Shown here: positions 54,403 to 64,000 of the stretch, piece by piece
How positions within the stretch are numbered: the stretch's first letter is position 1
Layout of the letters: each line of letters begins with the position of its first letter
Assembly: GCA_001949185.1 (NCBI GenBank)
Contig: BDGG01000005.1
Location: 3,139,972-3,203,971 of the forward strand
From: Ramazzottius varieornatus
Lineage: Eukaryota > Animalia > Tardigrada
DNA: 64,000 bases
Direction of reading: 5' to 3'
Program-made: the position numbers and the translations under genes
The notes under the pieces: generated by a model
The model's database searches: none
What the model saw: only the letters and a program-made list of their open reading frames with translations
Told to the model about the DNA's origin: nothing

Positions 54403-57363
54403 TTACAAAATCGAAGTTGTGCGTCTGTTCTCCGATTCAACAAGCATTCGTGAATGCAGCCACCACCACCACGGATCTCCACTTGCGCGAGCCCTCCGGT
54501 TCAGCCACCAGATAAACCACGTGGATCCTCCGGTGGTCAAAAAAAGTCCCAAACAGGTAGCGGGCGCCACAACTGAAACCGATAGAACTTGGTGACCTAC
54601 GGTGAACACGAAGTTACTGCAATGAAAGTCAACGTAGAAACGTACAATATACAAGTACATACCTGCGATACAATTTTCGCCCTCGTAACCGCAAGGAGGC
54701 TCGCTCAGAGGCACGTGCCCGTTGCTCCAGGAAAAATTTCGTCCAAATGGAAAACTCGCATTGTTAGTCCGGTGTGTATATCGAAGCACATTCTACAACA
54801 GGTACTTTGAGCTACCGTTCCGTTGGGACTGTTTAATCAGTAAAGCGTCAGTTGATCGACGATCCGCTAATGCCATCTTGTGTCCCAACTGACCGGTCGT
54901 TGAAAATACCACCTAGATTTTTCCAGTCATGGATTACAGTTTAGATTTCGAAACCCACCTCGAATTTACCGGTTGTTGAGTCGAGCTGCTTGACAAGCAT
55001 GTCAAGATGTTTCTGTCCCCCAGGAGAAATATAGACGGCGCCCGTGGGAAGGTCGAATGTGCGATTGAGAATCCTTTGAACCATGCCGGCGCCGTCGCGC
55101 AGCAAGGTGTACGAGGAAGAAGAGTTTTCCGGGTTTATAGTTTCGTTTATCACCTACGCGTATGGGAGTTGCTAGGTCGATCGCTCAGATTGAAAACAAG
55201 GGGTCACCCCGGTTCACCTTTCCTAGTAAGTTTATTGCTGTGTAAGCGGATACAGTCGATGCGGCCAACTGAAAAAGGTAACCACACTTGATTCATTTCA
55301 TTGAAACGTCAGGCAGATGTGAAATGTCTTACTTTGTCGGAGGCGGAGAAGTTGGGGTACCCGGATTTCCCGATTTTCTCACGCATTTTCCGTAAAGTTT
55401 GACGCGGTAACTTGTCGCCGTCATTCCCATTGTCAAAGGTGATGTACAAGATCAGTCGGGCAGTTTTGGTAGTCACCTAGGTTAAGACAGCGCAGCGATA
55501 GGCTACTTGATCATTTGATCGGTAGCGCGACTGAGCATACATTAGCTATCAGTTCTCACCTCGCTGTCGCCGGTTATCCATTTCATCTGAGGATAGCTGG
55601 GAAGCATAATGAACGGCATGGCCACGAGATAGACCTGCGGAAAACACCCAGACAGAAATGTCAGTCTTCGACGGGATTTAACCGCCTCGTCATCTGATAG
55701 AAGAATATTGAAGTACTCACGTAGTCGCTGTTAGTCATGCTTTTCTTTTGAGCATGGATCTGTCAGACAAAAACTCAATGAAGTTTATTTTAAAGACTTT
55801 GTAATTGTCACTAAGGTCTTAATTGTCTGTCGAAAAGCGCCTGGTCCTGTGTTGCAAGAATTTGAGTACCATGAACTGCCTCGACAGCGCGCTTCCGCAC
55901 AACAGGAAGACGACTGAAAAGAGGACCAGAGGCAATAAGCGTTGATGCCGTGACCTCAGCTTCTCTCCCACAATTAGCAAGATCGTTGGAATCTTTTGAA
56001 TACCTCGAGCCGACTTTTGAACGAAGTCGAGATAGCCGTCATAATTTACTGGTCCCACTCCACTATCAAAGTTGATGGCAAGCACGCGAAAAACTGGTGG
56101 AGCTAGCTGACGTTTGAAATTGTCGCAATTTGCTCTGAAGAATCCCGCATCTCGCTTGTCGTCGCAAAGCAGGAAGATTGTTGTCCATTCATAATAGAGC
56201 AAAAACCGTTTCATAAAACTGGAGAGCACGGTGTTGTGGACTGGAGCCACCAGTAACGCGGACGGGTACCTTCTCTCGTCGGTCGGAAACCCACCTAGAC
56301 TAGACCAGAATGTAAGAGCAAGCTTATACTCTTTGCACTACAGAAGAGTGAACACACCATCGAGTGCTTACGTTGAAACCGCTGGAACATTCCATTCTGT
56401 GGACAGACGCGCCATCATCAAAAAATCCACCGCGCAAACTGTAAATCGCACGATGAGCCAAACAGTCTAAGAACCATGGGGTGGAACCTGTCCGAAGTGG
56501 TCGTATTTCCAAATTTTCGAACGTTCGTTTGATTAAATCGGTCTGGAGTTTTTCGTTTTGGTTCGACAAAACACTAGTCCCATTGTCTAGGAAAGTTTGG
56601 ACAAGCAAAAGTCTGACATCCGCCGCTATCGCGTTACTTCGCTAGGATTTTCTCCTTAGCCAGTGAGATGTCCAGTTCGTCTCCAAATAATTTGATAATT
56701 TTTGCAGAACTCATTTCGGTCGGTGCGGTATGTCTTCCGCACCGAGCAGTCAGTGTAGTCAGTTTTCAGAAATTTCGAAAAATACTGTAGGTGATCTGTT
56801 GAACCTGGCCGCGCCTCTCAGATCTGGCCAGTTAAAACAGGGGGACAAGTTTAGACCCCATAGTACCATAATGTAAACGGAACACCTGGTGCCCAGAGTA
56901 TTAATGACCACTGCAGAACGCCGGTACTGTGGTATGGGATTCTTATGAGGGCGCTAGTGTACTCACAAGGTGCAACAAAGATAGGTAAACCCTTTGAGAG
57001 CGCTGAGCGTTCAATAGCGTAGTAGTAACTGGCGGCAAGATTTATCGTTTCGTCTGCCAACTGCTCGCAAGAGACTACGCTTTTGTTGGTGAACGAAACA
57101 GTCTTCATCGAAAATCTGCCGGCGTAAAGTGAGTTCACGTCATCGACAGCCGTCTCGATGCCGGGAATTACTTCCGAATACTGGTACGCCGCTATCGTAA
57201 CAATGGTCAAGATAGGAGCTGTACTGTTCGAGTGGGGGTGGACATTAGTCAAGGTCGCCGGAACATTCCTCAGATGTTGTTGAGTGGTGCAAACAATCAG
57301 GCCATAAGAAAATGTCAAGAGAAGCATTCGCGTCATTATGTTGCGGATGAGGGTACGAGTCAT
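54403..57363 (-). CDS. Cyclase-less natriuretic-peptide-receptor/rGC-like single-pass receptor, copy E (11 exons)
   Basis: [72 protein letters not shown], tail PWWWWL then stop. Confidence 0.88.
56472..56867. mobile_element. Degenerate MITE in intron 1 of copy E
   Basis: ACCATGGGGTGGAACCTGTCC vs GGACAAGTTTAGACCCCATAGT imperfect inverted termini. Confidence 0.45.
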
Positions 57364-57938
57364 CTAAAAATTCCGCAGAGTGGAAACGTCCCAAATATTG
57401 TCGAGACTGTGGCTCCCAGGGGCATATCTTCACCCCCTGCAGTTTTCCCAACACTGCCACCGCTGTTACAGATGGATAAGACCATTGATTAAAGCGAAGC
57501 CTCCTGTATATTGTCTCGTATATGGCTTCTATAAGACGGACTAGGCTGCCAGTCGGGTAGGATAAGATCCGAGTAATTTTGAGCTGCGGAACTGGTCCAG
57601 ACATGCTTATCTCAAAGAATAGCCCCGGGAATGAGAGCCGGATGAACGGACGACTCTTACCTGAAGCAATCCCATCCGGTTGACATCTTGACGGATCAGG
57701 TGCTCCTCCGGTCCGATAATCGAAAATTTGAGCCGGATCCATCCGTGGCTGGATTGGGTTACAACAACTCTAGGCTAGTCAATTATTGCCGACGATGTTT
57801 TGGCATGGTGGTCTAACCTGACGTTAGGAGTTCGCGTGTCGATAGCAAGCCATTACTTACAGAATGCCCATTGGCTTATGCTCCAATTCCCCTTCCAAAG
57901 TGTTTACGAATGAGTGATATCAGCAAAAACAATTTGTA

Positions 57939-58092
57939 CTGTAGTGCTGCCAAATTATCGCGCACTCAACCCCGTGATGAGTCATCGTTGCCCAGTACGA
58001 TCAGATGAATTATTGTAGCCTCAATGACTCTCACCCTGGGCATCATTTACTGTTCACGTGGTTGAGTGCGCGATAATTTGATAGCACTACAG
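57939..58092. mobile_element. TA-flanked MITE (CTGTAGTG termini), copy 2
   Basis: Inverted homologue of 26718-26878. Confidence 0.8.
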
Positions 58093-58447
58093 TAATAGCT
58101 TGTTGTGCGGAGGATGCCGGGTTTACCTACCCTGGGGGCCAACAGTGGAGTGCCCACTGTGATATTCGGCCGTCGGAGTACCACACTGGTATAAAAGTTT
58201 AAGCATTATTTGTGGTAGTGGATTGACTAATTGAAGTTAGCTGATCCAGGCTTTGTTTCGTCTCATTTCGGTTTCATAGTTGTGCTCACAAATTTTTCAT
58301 TTAGAGAAACAAACGCAGAAGATTTAGACGAACAGTTGCAGAGATCTGGTTGTGGCCCGTTTGCTGTCCTTTGTGACCACTGGCCACTTCACTGCCGCCC
58401 GCTCGTAGGCATTGCTTCGTCTAGATTGTCGTCCACAATAACTTCAG

Positions 58448-58615
58448 TACACGCGCCTGGCCTAAATGTGGGGATGGACAAAAATGTGGGGAACGGAGCG
58501 AAAGCGACTATGCTTTGATTGATTTAACTGACTGGTCAACCACAGCTGGCCCGTGTCGCTTTCGCTCCGTTCCCCACATTTTTGTCCATCCCCACATTTA
58601 AGCCAGGCACGTGTA
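58448..58615. mobile_element. Palindromic MITE (TACACGCGCC termini), copy 2
   Basis: ~60-bp near-perfect inverted arms; homologous to 42764-42931. Confidence 0.8.
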
Positions 58616-61240
58616 CGCCACAGACCGAATTCAACACGAGCGTCCAGGCAAGTTGCGGGTCGCGCGGAATTCACAGAACGTAATGCGCACATACATGACA
58701 GATTGAACCGGACTTTAGCTTTGTGCCATACGAAGGTCCCACCATTTCTTACGGTTCCAGAGTCTGGGTTCTCTTACGAACTTTTGTGAAACCTAACATG
58801 GGGAAAGTCCGTAAGCGCTCGAAAAATGCTGAATATATCAGACAATTCGTTCATGGACTACAGTCAGGTGCCGTGCTCCTGTAAATCCACAGCCGAAGGG
58901 AAATTTCACTTTTAAACCTGGCAATCCGGGACAAAATCGACGAGAAGTTGGGTCTCCCGTTTTTTCTCAAGCACGCTGTTGGATTCAGAACTGAAGGAAT
59001 GAGCAGCGCTAGATGATTCCTAATTTTAGGCTCGACTTTTGACGACTTTTGGCTATGCCTTAAATAAAAAATCAAGAAGAGTCTGTTGGTGGTTTAGAAT
59101 TCCATAAGCGAAGCGGGGAAAAGAAATGCAAAATTACTGTGGCAGAAACCGACAAGCCATAGGACGACCTTAAAATTTCGAGCTGAAGCGAACCTATCAG
59201 ATCTGGTGTACAATCATAGAAGTTTTCCAGCAATATTCTATATTCGAAATCTGAAAACTATGAGTTCAAAACTCGTTTGCTTCGATTGATCAGTTCAGGA
59301 AAAACACTCACTATCAGAAACTCATCTGAGATAGGATGTTCGAGTAATTCAGCACTGTAGAAATCGACTTGCGACATACTGTACATTTGGAAGTTTCTCA
59401 TTGAGTTAGTGCGATTGTAGTTTGGTTATAATTTTATGGCTGGACGGCGTACGGGGCATTTTCTGTGGTCAATACGCACATGCGCGCGTATCTCAACATC
59501 TTCCGAAAACAACAGGAAGCGCTTCGTGGATGTTCAGGCTATGGATTCAGTGTGATTAGTATTATCCCGGAGGTTCTAATCGTCACTCGTGATGACCTTA
59601 ACCGCGACGAGCATCTGTCTTCTAAGTCACTTTGCATTTAGTAGTAACCTACTAGGTTGTTATGTAGATTACGAAAAACTTGTGTTCAAGAAGGCGATTA
59701 CTAACCTCCCATCGGTGGGTAGATCATGACAACCCGAAAAGCGATCACAAAGACCGAAAAGTTATGAATGAGTCCTTTTTACTCGATTTCGATCAGCCTA
59801 GTCGCTTACTACGTTGACTTTGTGAATGCATCAAGCAAATAACTAGCGTCATATTAGTCCCCGTTATGAACTGCACGCCAAACCTACTAGCCAACATAGG
59901 CTATGTTCCCCACCCAACTTCAGATCCCTCGTCCAGTTCCTAGCTTCGACATCGGAAATGTTTTAAGAAAATTTATTCTTATGACTGCTTGCTTCTAAAA
60001 CCTTTTCTATTGAGGAAATGCTCACCAGCATCGACAGGAAGCAAGAAGTTCGCGAGCGACACGTTTTTGCCCGAAATCTGTGTGGTTTCCTGCATGGCGG
60101 GATCCTCATCCTCCACGCTGCCTGCGCAGTTTGCAAGCCAATTCCTCATAAACGCCGATCAGTCCCTACTCTGCACGACATTCGTAATGTCGCAACGAAA
60201 GCTGGAGGTTACTCGAAAACCACCAAATGTGACGTCGCAGGAACGCAAGAAGCATCGCGGAAGTGCGATACGACAAAGTCAGCAAGTTCGAAATCAGCAG
60301 GTAGACGACTACGCTAATAGAGAAGTTGCACTTTGCGCAGATGGTTTGAACAAACGAGAACTAATCAATTTTGAAAATCGAAGTTTATGAAAGCATTCGC
60401 TAGAAGCTTTGAGAAGTTGTACAACGCGGGCGAGTTCGAGAAAAACGATGGGACAAATGACTGCTACTGGTCATGGTGGTTTGTTCGGCAGTAATTAGCC
60501 CTCCAAGTTAAAAAGGACCGGCTCAAATGCAAATCTGATTGACTCATTGTCCGGAGTGGAGGCCCTGTGTTGCCCGGGCACCGATTACGCTTCCCCGTGC
60601 TTGGGGCCAGCCAGGGCATTACTGACGGCAATTCGCTCATGTTTGAAATCTACGGGTGATTTTCTTCGTGATTCACGAACGAAGCCCCCCTTCGCTCCGA
60701 GAATCGCGAGGCGAATTACAAATCTTGAAATTTTAAACTTTTCTTATTGCAATCGTTTTGTCCAAACCATCTGTGCAAAGTGCAACTTCTCTAATAACGG
60801 AGACTTTATGAATATTCAAAAATCAAGTCGGTTACTTGCAGTTGATCGTAATACCGTCTACCACACCAACTAGCTTTGTCGAGCGTGCATAAATTCCACA
60901 TAGTTATTAATAGTCATAACGACCTAGAAGACTAAATGTACGGTGTCTAATAGTGTTGTCGTTTTCATAGGGATCAGCAACCACTGACGAAAAGATGAAC
61001 AGCTGAGACTGCTCTCCATCGTCAATTTTTTACAGAGTCATTACCTTAATCTAAAAGTGTACAGGCCAGAAGCGTAATGCAATTGCAACTCGTTCAGGTA
61101 TTTTCAGTTTGTTGAGACGAGTACGTGAAGCCTGCAAGGCGCTGATGTGCCTGAAAGCTGTCAGCTACGTGGTCCTCATATGCTTCGATTCTTTTATGAG
61201 ATTGAGCCCCGTTCTTGGTCAGCATTGTCCCAGAAAGACG

Positions 61241-62408
61241 TTACGCACTGGCGGAAATTTTACTGGTATCGCTGGAGTTTGAGCGGGTCGAAGTCAGACT
61301 CGAGCGCTTTCCCGGGCACTCCAGAAACCGGCGGAATTTTTGAGTAACCAAGCAGTACATGAAAAAGTTCAACGAATAGTTGGAGAGTGACAAGGTGTTG
61401 ATCAGTGGAATGAACGAGCAGCAGTAATCTTTTCCAGTCGCCAGAAAAACTGCTTCGCAGACCGCGGTCGGCGTCTGAGTCACCAGATAGAGCGCGCCAC
61501 TGATTAGGAGAACGCTGTGGGGGACCGAACTTGTTGACGCTTCGCTTACATGGCGGACCAACAGCCTTCGGCTGGCTTGAGCGCGGCTCATCTGATAAGC
61601 AAGCATGCAGTTCAGCACGGCGATAAGTACCCCCTTCACCAACATCATTGCGATCTGCAAGAAGTATAATCCTTCCACGTGGTGAAGAGGCATGAGCTAA
61701 AACGCCTTACCTCTCCAGTAGTCTGGGCATCGTGCCACCGCTGAATCAAGGGTTCTACGACGTGGCTGGTGTTGGTCATCACGGGGAACCCATGACGTTT
61801 TGCCAGGTAGACGGCCTGTCGAACTAAGTCACCTGACTGGAAGATGGCAGACAGCAAACCCAAAATGGCCACTGTTATGAGTGCTCGGCGAAACGCGTCC
61901 TTTGTAATCACAATGAATAGTCCAGCCGGCGCCGTACTACGGTAAACCGTGACAAAGCGCTCGATGATGTAAGCCATCAGTACCCAGTCCGACAGCTGGA
62001 TGCAGGTGTGACGCCACCACAAAACTATACCACGGGACTCAACGTACTGGTTCCACACCCAGCTTTCCATCCGATCTTCTGATAGATCGAGGATTTCAAC
62101 GAGGAACGTTCCCATGTAAAACCACCTGCAACAGATTTCTTCAGTCAGGGATCTCTTCAGTGAAAAGCCAAAGAAGCTTACAGGACGCAGAGGTCGCAGA
62201 TTGCCACTGCGACGAGGTAGACCGTCGAGCTGCATTTTTCTCGGTATCTATAGAGAGCATACAGGCATAAAATGTTCCCCACAGTGCATAGCACGAGCAG
62301 AACGGGATAACCAATCCACTGTACTGAACTGACAATTGGTAGATCGAAACAGACTTCGTGATTAGAATCCGCCGTCTCCTTTGCAATCGTTCCGGTGCTG
62401 TTTTCCAT
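61241..62408 (-). CDS. Class A GPCR, FMRFamide/sex-peptide-receptor (Srw)-like, 3 exons
   Basis: TM1 CTVGNIL; TM2 STVYLVAVAICD; TM3 SDWVLMAYIIERF; TM6 YLVTQTP; TM7 SNYSLNFFMYCLVTQKFR. Confidence 0.88.
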
Positions 62409-63089
62409 AGTCACGCTCTAATAGCAAAAAGTTCACTCGAGTATGAATTCGGAACTCCAGCTCAGAAGAAAACTACGTGAATTTAGAATGTCAAAGGATG
62501 CACAAAAATTACTAGACGAGTAATGTTTGCCCGTATTTTGTTCGAAATGAAGAACATCAAGTAAACAGTGCTTTGTTTTGGGAAGATCATCATCTTAGTA
62601 AGAGGAAATGGAGTCTGATTTCGAAACGATTGCAGAACGGTGTAATGAGTGTGCCGAAGGTTGCCGATATTCATCTGCTCACTCGCAACTAATGTGGATG
62701 GTTTCAGCCGCATAAAAACGACATCGGTAGGCGAAGCGAATCTGTGTCAGCCAGCTGTTTCTGAATTGTGCATGGAGAATGTCATACTCATCGCCAAAAG
62801 CGTTCCCTATCACCTGAACCCCGTGATCAATTTTCAACTGTAAGCCGTGCGTGCAACGGATCGGCTTCCTGCGAGAAGCTATCGTTATCAAGACATTTTT
62901 CGTCCACCTGGCGACGTACGCAGTATATGCTCCAGGCCTCGAGCAGGCGATCGAGAAATTTAATCCACAGATTAAGCTGCCACCGTGCTTCACTGAACGA
63001 ACGCGGAAGTGACTTTGCCGGAATGGAGGCACTCGTAATTCGGATGCGACGCGAATCCGAATGCCCACAAATGATCACCCAAAGGAAAC

Positions 63090-63520
63090 TCAGAAGAACT
63101 TGAGATGGCGGGAAGGCGAGGGAGGCCGGATGTATCCGCGGTGAGCAGAGAATTTCCAGCGGACAGCTTGTTGAATGTGGGTCCCGTTGGTGTTGTGGTC
63201 GGCGGCTGCTGTGGCTCCTCCAATACGGAAGCTGTGGGAGGAGTACCGGTGGAAGTGTGGTTCATGTTTGAGGAGGGTCTTGACGGCTTGGTTGAAGAGC
63301 GAACGGGTAAGGAGGATACCGTCGTTGAATTGAAACACGGGGAGCTCAGGTGAATTTAGGTGACGGGAGTTCATAAAGGCACAGACAGGGCACACCGGAT
63401 GGTGAGTTGGAGGAAGAGTCACTGACTGGTCGGAACCGGCGTAACAATGTGAAACAGCCGTAGCTTACGCGAGCAGGAAGGAAGGTGTGGTGTGATGGGA
63501 AAGGCAGTGGAAACCACACG
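63090..63520 (-). mobile_element. DIRS/Ngaro retrotransposon tyrosine-recombinase remnant
   Basis: VCPVCA, LTRSLF, YSSHSFRIGGATAAA, IQQAVRW..SAHRGYIR are YR catalytic-box motifs; upstream part is disrupted. Confidence 0.85.
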
Positions 63521-64000
63521 TTAACCAAGATTAAATTCGATTCAATTCTAATTAGGCTGCCACCATGGGACGGAAGACCGATTGTAGCTAAAATGAGCTG
63601 CAACATCAGTCGTAAGCGCAGCAGCTGATCACAACTTTAAATAATTGGGCAGGAATATGCTACCCAAGGCTAGCTACCGTAATTCCGATTACGCTAATTT
63701 CCGAAACCGAGGGGAGCTCCGGAAAGGAAAATGTAGCTACACGTCCCAAAAGGCGCCGAGCAAGCCATTACCACAGTCGGAAAGTGTCGGCAGAGACAGA
63801 AGTGTCTGAGTGGGCGAGGTTGGCAGGGGGACCCCGGATGGACGTTTTGTAGCTAGTAAATCACCAGGCAAGTTTGATTGCTGCTCTTGAAGCAAGACCT
63901 GCATCTGGGGTTCCTCTTCCAATCTCACTAGGCTTTTCTCGAACAACATAGGATGAGGAGTTTTATCCATTTTATCCGCCTGTAGAGGTCTTTGTTGAGG

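Noticed and set aside
59989-60873. Plus-strand ORFs of 99-133 aa
   Set aside because: No motifs, no credible start or splice signals; likely intergenic or repeat-derived

Overview
Eukaryotic (animal) genomic DNA with a compact, intron-rich layout (many 50-200 nt GT-AG introns, roughly balanced GC). Gene style and family content suggest a tardigrade-like invertebrate (inference only). Left part (1-25 kb): gene-dense block with a clan-2 cytochrome P450, a small secreted Tyr/Cys-repeat protein, cyclophilin B, PTCD2 with a long RGG/Gln-Gly-Tyr tail, a MATH-BTB pseudogene, a gustatory-receptor-like gene, inorganic pyrophosphatase, DPM1 and SLC38A9. Right part (25-64 kb): rich in MITEs and transposons, and carries a minus-strand tandem array of four apparently intact 11-exon genes plus one pseudogene. 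These encode single-pass receptors with a receptor-guanylyl-cyclase/natriuretic-peptide-receptor-type (ANF_receptor) ectodomain but no kinase-homology or cyclase domain. Also present: an intronic tRNA-Thr(AGT), maT (DD37D) and pogo/DDE_1-like transposons, a class-A peptide-type GPCR and a DIRS/Ngaro tyrosine-recombinase remnant. Exon models were assembled by eye, so coordinates may be off by a few bases.
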